Positions 47,201 through 56,614 of a stretch of 64,000 bases of DNA are shown in pieces. This DNA is from a candidate division WOR-3 bacterium. GTDB taxonomy: Bacteria; Hydrothermota; Hydrothermia; LBFQ01. The notes under the pieces were generated by a model. The model searched no databases and was not told where the DNA came from. It saw only the letters and a list, made by a program, of their open reading frames with translations. The translations under genes were made by a program, and so were the position numbers. The DNA is taken from assembly GCA_015492295.1 (NCBI GenBank), contig WGFI01000094.1, positions 8,560 to 72,559 on the forward strand, given 5' to 3'. The number at the start of each line of letters is the position of its first letter. Positions within the stretch are counted from its first letter, which is position 1.

Positions 47201-48971
47201 AATGACGGATGTTTGCAAGGACATTGAGAGAAACCTTAAAGGTGGAAACGATATATTTATACTGATACCTCATTTTGCCGATGTTAGCGAAATTGAAAGA
47301 TGCATATACTCCTTAAAGGTTTATATGGTTGATCTAAACAATATAAAAAGGCCGTTTCTGTTGTTCGGACGGATTCCTCTGGTTTTTATCAAGGATATTT
47401 CCAAACTTAACTCCGCGCATCCCATTCTGGAAGCGAAGAAGAGGAATATAAGGATAATCTGCATGGTTTATGAAGGTTTGCAGTACAAAAGGATCTACTC
47501 CTTACTTAGGGAAATGAACCTTTCCATAGAGGACATATTCTCCAAGTTCATAAGGATAAGATTATCGGAAGATAGACTCCTAACATCCAAGGTGCAGAGC
47601 GATTTCTCAAAACTTGAAAGTACGGAGAAACAAACCCTAAGGTACATATACATTTTAAACAGCGTAAATATATATCCTACAATTGAAATCCTTGAATCTA
47701 TGCTCAACAGAGATCTGGATGAGGAAATATCCACTTTAAAGCTCTTAGAATTCGTTGAAGTGAGGGAGAGCAGAATATTTGGGAAAATGGACTATTTGGA
47801 ATATATATTTGGCGAGATTTCACCCGACAGAAGTTTCTGCGAGAATGTTTTAATGTATCTGTCCCCTTATGACAGGATTTCCTTGATCAAATACATGCTT
47901 GATAACGATGTACATCTTGATCTGTGCGAATCAACGATCATGGATCTACTCAAAACACTTTCACCTATCAGGGAACCGAAGTTATACGCCGATGCGCTGT
48001 ATATCTTGGGAAAAGTTAGATTGAAAATGTCTTACAAAGTCCCTATGAATCCTTCTAAGGTCCTCGCGCCTGCTAGGGAGGCTGCGGATATATATCTGCG
48101 TATAAAGGATAAGGAAGGATATGTAGATTCACTCAACCTTATGGGAGTTGCGTTTTTAAATCTGGCTCGGGATCAGGATACGATAAACTATCTTAAAAAA
48201 TCGCTCAATGTATTCCACAGGTTGGTGGATGAAACTGAGGGTATAGATAAAGGTATAGCCCTATCAAACCTTGGAATAGCGTATTTTAGGCTGGCGGAGG
48301 TTCTGGAAGATATAATCTATGCTTTGGAGGGGGAAAGGAGCCTATCGGAGGCTTTGAAGATATTTCACGATTACGGATTAAATGTTAGGATAAGGAACAC
48401 CTTGGTGAATTTGGGGGCTATTTACGATTTTATGGGTTCAAATCTCCAAAATGCGGACTTCGTTAAGAATGCTATAACCAACTATAAAAAAGCGCTGAGC
48501 ATGACGAAGAAAGATGAAATAACGATCAGAAACATCATAAGAAATAATCTCGCTTTATGTCTATCCACGCTTGGGAAGTTGGAAGGTGATGAGGATTACT
48601 TTCAGGAGTCGATTAGATTTTTAAATGAAGCTTTATCAGATACGGAGGGTATGGAGCAAACCATTATGATATACCATAACCTATCGTCAATATACTCAGC
48701 TTGGTATGATATTTCAAGAGATAGGGAACATTTACTCAAAGCGAAGGAGTTCATGGAAAAGATTCTAAAAATTCAGGAATCTCGCAGACTCAAAGCGAAA
48801 TATTGTCATATACTAGTTGAACTCGCGGAGATATACGAGAAGCTGGGTATGTTTGATAAGGAAAGGAGGATATTAGGCGAGGCATTTGAATTGGCCAAAT
48901 CCTATAACATACAGAACCTGATATACAAAATAAACTCCATGATGGAGAAGATAAAAGGCATAAATCATTGA
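47193..48971 (+). CDS. Hypothetical protein with C-terminal TPR-like repeats
   Basis: 592 aa with start TTG 47193 or ATG 47202. The N-terminal roughly 250 aa have no recognisable family. The C-terminal half has many helical-repeat units ([25 protein letters not shown]..., [14 protein letters not shown]..., [12 protein letters not shown]...). Confidence 0.45.
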   Translation: MDRMTDVCKDIERNLKGGNDIFILIPHFADVSEIERCIYSLKVYMVDLNNIKRPFLLFGRIPLVFIKDISKLNSAHPILEAKKRNIRIICMVYEGLQYKRIYSLLREMNLSIEDIFSKFIRIRLSEDRLLTSKVQSDFSKLESTEKQTLRYIYILNSVNIYPTIEILESMLNRDLDEEISTLKLLEFVEVRESRIFGKMDYLEYIFGEISPDRSFCENVLMYLSPYDRISLIKYMLDNDVHLDLCESTIMDLLKTLSPIREPKLYADALYILGKVRLKMSYKVPMNPSKVLAPAREAADIYLRIKDKEGYVDSLNLMGVAFLNLARDQDTINYLKKSLNVFHRLVDETEGIDKGIALSNLGIAYFRLAEVLEDIIYALEGERSLSEALKIFHDYGLNVRIRNTLVNLGAIYDFMGSNLQNADFVKNAITNYKKALSMTKKDEITIRNIIRNNLALCLSTLGKLEGDEDYFQESIRFLNEALSDTEGMEQTIMIYHNLSSIYSAWYDISRDREHLLKAKEFMEKILKIQESRRLKAKYCHILVELAEIYEKLGMFDKERRILGEAFELAKSYNIQNLIYKINSMMEKIKGINH

Positions 48972-48992
48972 CACCCTTATAATATTCAACTT

Positions 48993-49967
48993 ATGAAAAG
49001 GGTTCTTGTAAGTTTATTTTTTTCTCTGCCCCTGTTTGCCCAGCCATTTTCATATCTGGGCATAGTTGATGGTCAATCCGGCGCGTTCTCGGGTATAGAT
49101 AAGGATTCAATGTACATTACGGGATCAGGATCAACGGTCAATACATCCATAACGGCCGAAACCCTCTTGGTTGATCAGAGCTTCACATACATGGGATATA
49201 ACGCCAAAGGGATACAGAGAAGGGTATATTATGATGGTAGTCCTGCTCCTATCTTTGAGGATACGGTGTACGAGGTGGGAGATACGATGCGCAGACTCAT
49301 GGTGGTTGGGAAAACCAGCCCATCCACTTACCTCAAAGCCGATGTTAAAGCGCTGGTAACCCCTTTCGCCGTTGGAAATTCTTGGACATTGGGAATCCTT
49401 GGAGACACCTTCATAGCGGACATTGATGGGGATACGAATTGGACCACGCCCGATACCTTCATAATAACAAAGGACTCAATGTATGTCCTGTCCATGGGGA
49501 GTATAACGGTTCCGGCGGGAACATTTGATTCCGTATATACTATAAAGCTCAGGCTTGAAGGGATGCTGTGGTCATCCGCCGTTTATACCAACACCGGCAG
49601 CTCCTCCGCGGCCTGGTCGGATTCCCTTTACAGGGACTATTACATCTATTGGAAACCCGGATTGGGGTATGTGAAGGATTCCATGTTTCAGTTCGTAAAA
49701 TGGACATATCTGTTTATAACCATAAGGTCCTTCAACTGGACAAAATCCGAACTCCTCGGGTATTGGTTAAGCGTTTCGGAAAAGCCTTCACAGAAGTATT
49801 TAACAACATTATCCAAGGATGGATATGTTGAGCTTGGAAGATACGGAAGGATATATGACATCTCTGGAAGATTGATTCATAAAGGGCCCGGAAAATATCG
49901 CTTGGATAAAGGTTATTATTTCATAGTAGATAAGAGGATGGTGCGTAAAGTCATCGTGTGGAAATAA
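48993..49967 (+). CDS. Secreted hypothetical protein with T9SS-type C-terminal domain
   Basis: 324 aa with signal peptide MKRVLVSLFFSLPLFAQ. The C-terminus (YDISGRLIHKGPGKYRLDKGYYFIVDKRMVRKVIVWK) matches the Por secretion tail. CCTTATAATAT lies 8 nt upstream of the ATG. Confidence 0.5.
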   Translation: MKRVLVSLFFSLPLFAQPFSYLGIVDGQSGAFSGIDKDSMYITGSGSTVNTSITAETLLVDQSFTYMGYNAKGIQRRVYYDGSPAPIFEDTVYEVGDTMRRLMVVGKTSPSTYLKADVKALVTPFAVGNSWTLGILGDTFIADIDGDTNWTTPDTFIITKDSMYVLSMGSITVPAGTFDSVYTIKLRLEGMLWSSAVYTNTGSSSAAWSDSLYRDYYIYWKPGLGYVKDSMFQFVKWTYLFITIRSFNWTKSELLGYWLSVSEKPSQKYLTTLSKDGYVELGRYGRIYDISGRLIHKGPGKYRLDKGYYFIVDKRMVRKVIVWK

Positions 49968-51238
49968 GGAAATACTTTTATCCTCTCTTGATCGTTTTCG
50001 TAGGATGTTTGGGTACGAATTTTTCGGCTTACTTTAATACATACTATAACATACAGCGAATAGCCAAGAGGTTGGATAGACTGGAAAGGTTGGGTGATAC
50101 GCTTGCCGCACGTTCTCTTTACGATTCTTTGGAAACTAAGTGCGCATACTTGATAAAGTACTATCCCACATCAAAATACTTACCCGACGCGGTGTTCTAT
50201 TTAGGATTGGCGTTTTCACGGAAAGGACAGTACGAAAAGGCTATACAGAAGTTTAAGGAGTTCTTAGAATTCTTTCCGAGCCATCCTCTGAGTAAAAGGG
50301 CGAAATTGGAACTCGGTAGAGTTTATGCGCTTGATCCGAGATATAGGAGCGAGGCGATAGGGGTTTTGAAGGATTTAAATGACGATGAGGCTAAGTATTG
50401 GATAGCTTACGCTTACTATCATTTAGGGGATTATGAAGCCGCCAAAGATTACATAACCGGTATAAACTTCTCGTTGAAGGATCCTCGCGTGAAAAGATAC
50501 TACCTTCTGGCGATAGATGTATTCATATCTTTAAATGATCCGAGTAAGGCGAATGAGTATCTGAAAAAATATCTGTCTTTAAATCTTCTTCCTTCGGAAA
50601 AGAAGATAGCGAAAGAGAAGGAAGGGGACATATTTATGAAGATGGGAAGATACGAGGATGCCATTGATGTGTATTCTTCAATTGACTATCCACCGAAGGG
50701 TTCAGATGATGGTAGATTGAAGTTTAAGATAGCGGAGGCGTATATGGTTCAGAGTGATACGCCAAAGTCCATTGAGAATTACGAGCTTTGCTTCTCGTCA
50801 TCCGCTCCCGAAAAGTGGTTATGCGGATATAAAGTCGCAAATTTATACTTGGCTAAGGGAGACATTGACAAAGCGGCGAGATTCTACGAATCCCTGTATA
50901 TGCAAGGTGGCCCAGAATGGAAAGAGAAGGCATCCATAAAGAAGCTCGTTCTGGATGAATGGAGAATACTTATGAAGAAGGATGATATAAATTCGCTTTA
51001 TCGTAAGGCGGAGATATATTATTTCCATTTACAAGACAGGGACATCAGCATAAAGATCTGGAAAAATCTCGCTAAAAAGGGGGATAAGACGATTTCGCCT
51101 AAGAGTTTATATGCTTTGATATATGCGTATTTGTCTGAGGGAGATACGGATTCGGCGAGAATGTATTTTGATCATCTGAAAAATGAGTATAAGGATTCAA
51201 AGTATATCAATTTCGCTTCTTCTATTCTCGGTTTATAG
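49958..51238 (+). CDS. Tetratricopeptide-repeat lipoprotein
   Basis: 426 aa. It has a signal with lipobox (LLIVFVGCLG) and multiple TPR units (LPDAVFYLGLAFSRKGQYEKAIQKFKEFLEFFPSHP, AKYWIAYAYYHLGDYEAAKDY...). It is coupled to the upstream gene by a 10-nt overlap. Confidence 0.6.
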   Translation: MEIRKYFYPLLIVFVGCLGTNFSAYFNTYYNIQRIAKRLDRLERLGDTLAARSLYDSLETKCAYLIKYYPTSKYLPDAVFYLGLAFSRKGQYEKAIQKFKEFLEFFPSHPLSKRAKLELGRVYALDPRYRSEAIGVLKDLNDDEAKYWIAYAYYHLGDYEAAKDYITGINFSLKDPRVKRYYLLAIDVFISLNDPSKANEYLKKYLSLNLLPSEKKIAKEKEGDIFMKMGRYEDAIDVYSSIDYPPKGSDDGRLKFKIAEAYMVQSDTPKSIENYELCFSSSAPEKWLCGYKVANLYLAKGDIDKAARFYESLYMQGGPEWKEKASIKKLVLDEWRILMKKDDINSLYRKAEIYYFHLQDRDISIKIWKNLAKKGDKTISPKSLYALIYAYLSEGDTDSARMYFDHLKNEYKDSKYINFASSILGL

Positions 51239-52688
51239 TTGCTACTCCTCCCAGAAGAAACCCGTTCTTTCCGTTGAAAGATTGCAAAGGAGAGATACAC
51301 TTAAAAAACTTAAACTGAAAGAGATCTTTCCAGAAGAACCGAGGATCAAGGTTGGCATAGATAAGTCAAGGAAGATACAGCTTAGGACTTATGGAATATG
51401 TAGGATAACTGACAGCTCGGAATCTTCATTCGTTGGCAGGTTTAATAGATTGACATTTTATCCTAATATAAAGAGGAAGTCCAAGGTAAAACATTGGGTG
51501 ATACTTCAAAGTTATCTTGATGAGGATTTCGCAAAAGCTTATAAGCTGTCGTTTCCCGAGGTGAAGATTTTGAAGTTGGGTATATATCCGAGATACTTCG
51601 TTGCAATTGGCCCTTTTGATAAATTTGATGAGGCTTTGAGGTACAAGCATCCGAACAAAAAGGCCGTATTTTCTATACTACAATCCCCAGCATCGGGTTA
51701 TATAAAAGTCAAAGAGTTGGGGAAAATTCTAAAATCCCCTGTAAGAGTTTCCTGTAAAGAGTACAAGTACGGGAACAACAGGTACAAGGGTGATATGATA
51801 ATCATGCTTGATGATAAGGGTTTGGTCCTGATAAACGATATAAAGATTGAGGAGTATCTCAAAGGTGTTGTGCCTTGGGAGATGTCTCCGTCCTACCCTC
51901 TGGAAGCCCTAAAGGCCCAAACGATAGCCGCCCGCACGCATGCCGTGGATGTCGCCGGAATAAAATGGTATCTTTTAAAAGAACCCTACGACATAACGGA
52001 TGACTTTACAACACAAGTGTATAAAGGCTTATCGGGATTCAGCGTAATTGACAGTGTCGTTGATCAAACTAGGGGTATGGTTATGATGCACGGTGATAAA
52101 TTCTGCATAGCGACCTTCTTCACAAACTGTGGGGGTCTTCTTGAAAGCGGGGAGGAATGGGGAGATAGCCTTATTTTACCCAAGACGGACGCTTTTAAGG
52201 ATATAAAACCATCGTTAAGGCTGCTCAATATAAAGAGGGATACGACCTTTGCATGCTCTCCTCGTAAGAACCTTCCTACGGTGCTGTCCATAGGTGCCAA
52301 AAGCTTCAGATGGATAAAGAAGGTCAGGGCGGATAAAATACGCAGAAGTGTAAGAAGAAATTTTGGTGTGGATGTTGGTAGAGTTATGAGTATAAAGATA
52401 GTAGAAAGGAGTGAGAGCGGTAGGGTTAAAAAGATACTCATCGTTGGAAGTAGAAGGAGTTTTAAGGTGAGGGGAGACTGGAATATAAGGGTGGCTCTCG
52501 GAGGGCTAAAATCAAGTTTATTTTATATGAGAAGGAGAGGGGATGTGTATGTTTTTAAGGGTGGGGGTTGGGGGCATGGAATAGGGATGTGTCAAGTTGG
52601 AGCGGGTGTCAGGGCGTTGAAAGGATGGACATACGAGGAGATACTTATGTTTTATTACGGAAATGTTGAATTCGTTAAACTATGGTAA
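51183..52688 (+). CDS. SpoIID/LytB-domain protein with SPOR-like domain
   Basis: 501 aa. The sequence LINDIKIEEYLKGVVPWEMSPSYPLEALKAQTIAARTH...FFTNCGGLLESGEEWG is the SpoIID/LytB signature. An upstream YPRYFVAIGPFDKFDEAL segment resembles a SPOR domain. It overlaps the preceding gene by 55 nt, so the start is uncertain. Confidence 0.7.
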   Translation: MSIRIQSISISLLLFSVYSCYSSQKKPVLSVERLQRRDTLKKLKLKEIFPEEPRIKVGIDKSRKIQLRTYGICRITDSSESSFVGRFNRLTFYPNIKRKSKVKHWVILQSYLDEDFAKAYKLSFPEVKILKLGIYPRYFVAIGPFDKFDEALRYKHPNKKAVFSILQSPASGYIKVKELGKILKSPVRVSCKEYKYGNNRYKGDMIIMLDDKGLVLINDIKIEEYLKGVVPWEMSPSYPLEALKAQTIAARTHAVDVAGIKWYLLKEPYDITDDFTTQVYKGLSGFSVIDSVVDQTRGMVMMHGDKFCIATFFTNCGGLLESGEEWGDSLILPKTDAFKDIKPSLRLLNIKRDTTFACSPRKNLPTVLSIGAKSFRWIKKVRADKIRRSVRRNFGVDVGRVMSIKIVERSESGRVKKILIVGSRRSFKVRGDWNIRVALGGLKSSLFYMRRRGDVYVFKGGGWGHGIGMCQVGAGVRALKGWTYEEILMFYYGNVEFVKLW

Positions 52689-52846
52689 GTGTAATAGATG
52701 CATGGAAGTGGGAAGAACGTAATGGGATATGAATGTCTGAAGTATTCAGCGAACAAGAGTATTTATAGTTATGTGGGTATAAGTACTTCTTCGCATTCAT
52801 GGTGCCCGTAGGGTGGTAGATTATACCGCCTTAGAATATAAACTCG

Positions 52847-53653
52847 GTGAAAGTAATGAGGTTTATTATAGTAATGCTTATCGTGATCTTTATCGTATTT
52901 CCTTTCTACTGGATGTTCATCACCTCCCTCAAAACGCAATATGAGGCTATATTGTTTCCACCCACCCTGTTTCCCTCCAAGATAACATTTGAAGGGTATG
53001 AGCTCGCCCTTACAAAATTACAGTTAGGACAGAGTATTTTAATAACAGTAGCTATGATAATATTCATAGTTCTGGGTGAGCTTATAACCTCCATACTCGC
53101 CGCTTATGCCTTTTCATGGTTGGATTTCAAAGGTAGAGAAGTTTTATTCTCCTTTTTGCTCGTTCTTGCATCAGTTCCAATGCCCGTGTTCATCCTACAA
53201 CTTTTCATAGTGGTTCAAAAATTGGGTCTGGTTGATACATTTGCCGGTTTGGTTGTTCCTTGGATGGCAAACATATATTCCATATTCCTTCTCAGACAAG
53301 CTTTTAAAAACATACCCGCGAGTTTGAGGGACGCGGTTTATATAGATGGTGGGGGGGATCTGACCTTTCTGTTTAAAGTGGCCATTCCTATGGTTAAACC
53401 GGTTATCATAACCATAGCGGTTTTCAGCGCGGTATATACTTGGAATTCCTTTCTATGGCCTCTGCTGGTGGTCTCAGATAAAGGTTTGAGACCTATTCAA
53501 CTCGCGGTGGCGTACTTCGCCCAAGGAGAAACTACGAACTATCCCGCCTTAATGAGCGCATCATTCTTGAGCAGCCTACCCGCTTTAATTACTTTCGCCA
53601 TATTCCAGAGACAGATAACGGAGGTGTATGTAAAGGGAGGTATGAAAGATTGA
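52847..53653 (+). CDS. Carbohydrate ABC transporter permease (MalG/UgpE-like, orphan)
   Basis: 268 aa with six TM helices. The EAA loop is LRQAFKNIPASLRDAVYIDGGGDLTFLFKVAIP. The start is GTG 52847 or ATG 52856, 8-17 nt after CCTTAGAATAT. Confidence 0.75.
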   Translation: MKVMRFIIVMLIVIFIVFPFYWMFITSLKTQYEAILFPPTLFPSKITFEGYELALTKLQLGQSILITVAMIIFIVLGELITSILAAYAFSWLDFKGREVLFSFLLVLASVPMPVFILQLFIVVQKLGLVDTFAGLVVPWMANIYSIFLLRQAFKNIPASLRDAVYIDGGGDLTFLFKVAIPMVKPVIITIAVFSAVYTWNSFLWPLLVVSDKGLRPIQLAVAYFAQGETTNYPALMSASFLSSLPALITFAIFQRQITEVYVKGGMKD

Positions 53654-54294
53654 AGAAGATCCTTCCGAGAGAGAAGGCTTTGATGTCTGGTATAAGATCC
53701 CTGACCGATGAGGAGCTTCTGGCATTAATACTCTCAACAGGGACAAAAAATAAAAGCGTTTTTACCTTATCGGCGGATATATTGAAGGAGTTTTCCTTAA
53801 CCGAATTATCAAGCATGCCTGTAAAGGTACTTTCAAAGGTTGAAGGCATAGGTAAGGCGAAAGCCTTACGCCTTGCGGCATCCTTTGAGATAGGACGAAG
53901 GATATATAACAAGAATGAGGATCCCTTTGATAGGAAACATTTAAGGATGGTTTTATATGAGATCTCAAAGTCAAGGAAGGAGCAGGTGGTGCTTTTTATG
54001 TACGATGGTGCGGGTTTCCATATTAAAACGGAAATCATAGCCATCGGTAGCTTGAATACCGTAATGATTCATCCTCGAGAGATCTTTGAGCCTATATTTA
54101 AACATTCTGCGAGTCAGTTTATACTTGCGCATAATCATCCCAACGGTTCAAGCGAACCTTCAAGGGAGGATATAGAACTCACGGAAGAGATCAAATCCTT
54201 AGCGGAAAGGTTGGAACTGAATTTTATAGAAAGTTTCGTGGTATCCAAGAATTTAGCGTACGGTATTTTAAACGGTTTAACTATGGAGATATAA
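53650..54294 (+). CDS. radC: RadC-family (UPF0758) JAMM-motif protein
   Basis: 214 aa. It has an N-terminal HhH-like region and C-terminal HNHPNGSSEPSREDIELT (JAMM/MPN HxHx7Sx2D). Confidence 0.8.
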   Translation: MKKILPREKALMSGIRSLTDEELLALILSTGTKNKSVFTLSADILKEFSLTELSSMPVKVLSKVEGIGKAKALRLAASFEIGRRIYNKNEDPFDRKHLRMVLYEISKSRKEQVVLFMYDGAGFHIKTEIIAIGSLNTVMIHPREIFEPIFKHSASQFILAHNHPNGSSEPSREDIELTEEIKSLAERLELNFIESFVVSKNLAYGILNGLTMEI

Positions 54295-55089
54295 ATGGGT
54301 AAGGCTTTATTGACCCGCAAAGATAACATAGTTTATGGTGTTATAAACAGTACGGATATAGTTTCCAAGGCGAGGGATATTCATAGGACATCACCCACCT
54401 CAACGGCTTTACTTGGCAGGGTTTTAACCGGTGCCATACTTTACAGTCTCATATACAGGGGAACCCAGCCAAAGAACATCACAGTGGAAATATTATGCAA
54501 GGGACCAGCGAAAAGGGTTATAGCGCAGGTAAAGACCTCCGGACAAGTCAGAGGATTCATAGCAAATCCAAAAGCGGATCTCCCCCCGAGATCGGATAAA
54601 AAACTGAATGTTTCAGGCATAGTAGGCTCCGGAATCTTACGCGTTATAAGAGAGGGATATATCAGCGAAGTCCCCATTGTAAGTGGTGAGATAGGGGATG
54701 ATTTCGCCTATTTCCTTTATCAATCTGAACAGAGAAAGTCGGCCGTGGGTTTAGGGGTTTTGGTCGGTAAATATGGACAGGTGGTAAGCGCTGGGGGTTT
54801 TATAATAGAAGTGCTTCCCGATGCGAGTGAAGATGAAATAAAGAGAGTAGAAGATAAGATAAAAGACTTCTCCGTAAGTATTTATCTTTCGGGAGGTAGA
54901 AGTTCTTCGGATTTGTTAAACTATCTCGCAGGTGATGTTCAACCCATTGATGAGAGAGATTACATTTATGATTGTTGGTGCAGCTATGAAAGACTGATAG
55001 AGACTGTACTTCACGATGAAACCATAGAGGATAATACCATAGCCAAATGTATATTCTGCAAAAAGGAATATATAATCAGAAAAAGGTGA
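54295..55089 (+). CDS. hslO: 33 kDa chaperonin Hsp33 (redox-regulated holdase)
   Basis: 264 aa. It has the Hsp33 N-domain (GRVLTGAILYS) and a C-terminal zinc centre CWCSYERL...CIFCKKEY (CxC...CxxC). Confidence 0.8.
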   Translation: MGKALLTRKDNIVYGVINSTDIVSKARDIHRTSPTSTALLGRVLTGAILYSLIYRGTQPKNITVEILCKGPAKRVIAQVKTSGQVRGFIANPKADLPPRSDKKLNVSGIVGSGILRVIREGYISEVPIVSGEIGDDFAYFLYQSEQRKSAVGLGVLVGKYGQVVSAGGFIIEVLPDASEDEIKRVEDKIKDFSVSIYLSGGRSSSDLLNYLAGDVQPIDERDYIYDCWCSYERLIETVLHDETIEDNTIAKCIFCKKEYIIRKR

Positions 55090-55092
55090 AAT

Positions 55093-55872
55093 TCAAGGTT
55101 GTCTTAGTAAGACGACATTCTCGGGTAAAGGTATGTAGAGAGAATCGTCTATTCTTTCACCGCGCAGGCTATTTATAGGTTGTATTATTCTCGTCGGTCC
55201 TTTTATTCCTAAGGTCAAAACCGTGTCCTCCAATATCACCTGTATGTATTTCGTTGAGATTGAATCTATGAGGATCCTAACCTTCACGCTCTCAGGATTG
55301 ACTTTAAGGTTCAAACCTTCGGTAAATATATGTGCATATACATCAAAATCCCTAACCTTCCCCGTTATGTCTATTGGATAGGTTGGTATTGAATCCAAAT
55401 TCATCAGAACGGTTTTGGGTCCTTCCGCTATCACATTCTCTTCAACCATCCATCCCAGATATATATAGCCTATTCTGGGTTTTCCTTTTATGGTAGGTGA
55501 TACGGGTAGTGTTTTCTTTGCTATCTCATCCAATCTATATCTGATATTCTTGGGTAATATGGGGGTGATTTTGACATTCAAGTTGGGTACCAAATACATA
55601 TTATTTATCTCAAATGTGCCCGAAACCTTTGAACCATCAAGTGTATAATACAACTTCGGGTGGGATAATTTAAATCTAATGAGATCAGAGCCTTTCCCAC
55701 TTATGCTAACCAACACGGTATCGGGACCTTCAAGCAATGTTAAACCTTTGGCCGCTATAAAGTACTCAACGGGCAGCTTGTAATTTATGGTGTATTCCCT
55801 ATCTATCTTCGCATACCACCAAAGTATTAAAGATACTATTATGGCAAATATGAAATTAACTAAGGCTCTCAT
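55093..55872 (-). CDS. cdaR: YbbR-like domain protein (CdaR, diadenylate cyclase regulator)
   Basis: 259 aa. An N-terminal TM is followed by repeated YbbR-like beta-domains. It lies immediately downstream of cdaA and overlaps it by 17 nt, the canonical cdaA-cdaR arrangement. Confidence 0.6.
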   Translation of the reverse strand: MRALVNFIFAIIVSLILWWYAKIDREYTINYKLPVEYFIAAKGLTLLEGPDTVLVSISGKGSDLIRFKLSHPKLYYTLDGSKVSGTFEINNMYLVPNLNVKITPILPKNIRYRLDEIAKKTLPVSPTIKGKPRIGYIYLGWMVEENVIAEGPKTVLMNLDSIPTYPIDITGKVRDFDVYAHIFTEGLNLKVNPESVKVRILIDSISTKYIQVILEDTVLTLGIKGPTRIIQPINSLRGERIDDSLYIPLPENVVLLRQP

Positions 55873-56614
55873 ACCTTAAAGATTTCTCTATCAACCTTCT
55901 AAGGTTGGACAAAGTTAAATTAAAGTAAGCTTCGCCTCTATTAAAGAAAGTTATGGTGCCTTTTTCCTCAGATATAACGATGGCCACAGCGTCCGTAACC
56001 TCCGTTATTCCAGCTCCCGCTCTATGTCTCGCCCCTATTCCCCTATATCTGACACTCATTGGAACCATAACCGAAGCAGCGACTATCCTGTCGTTCTTTA
56101 TTATCACGGCACCATCGTGCAAAGGAGATTTTTTATCAAATATTGATATGAGTAAAGGGGCGGAAAGTTTAGCATCAAGTATAATACCCGTATCCTCCGC
56201 GAGTTCATCTAAGGAAATCCTACGCTCTATAACTATAAGCGCCCCAAGCCTCCTGCGAAGTAGCTCCTCAATGGCGCCTATTATATCATCTATGGGTACC
56301 CTCTCTTCGGGTACAAAGAATCTTATGAACGGGGTTGAACCTATCTGCATAAGTATCCTCCTGATCTCGGGCTGAAAGACTATTATAAGTATCACCACTC
56401 CAAAGGTTTTTATCGTTGATACCAATAAGCTTATTGATGGCAATTGCAACATCTGACCGAGAAAACCTATGAAGAATAAGAGTCCCATGCTCATAATGAG
56501 TATAAGTATCTTCGTTCCTGTAAGGACGCGCAGAATTATGTATATAAATACACTCATCAGAAAAACATCTATCACATCAAATATGGATACAGGTATAAAC
56601 CCGAAAATTTTCAC
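55856..56614 (-). CDS. cdaA: Diadenylate cyclase CdaA (c-di-AMP synthase)
   Basis: 252 aa. It has three N-terminal TM helices followed by a DAC domain: PLHDGAVIIKNDRIVAASVMVPMS...GARHRAGAGITEVTDAVAIVISEEKGTITFF (DGA and RHRAA-GITE motifs). Confidence 0.85.
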   Translation of the reverse strand: MKIFGFIPVSIFDVIDVFLMSVFIYIILRVLTGTKILILIMSMGLLFFIGFLGQMLQLPSISLLVSTIKTFGVVILIIVFQPEIRRILMQIGSTPFIRFFVPEERVPIDDIIGAIEELLRRRLGALIVIERRISLDELAEDTGIILDAKLSAPLLISIFDKKSPLHDGAVIIKNDRIVAASVMVPMSVRYRGIGARHRAGAGITEVTDAVAIVISEEKGTITFFNRGEAYFNLTLSNLRRLIEKSLRYESLS

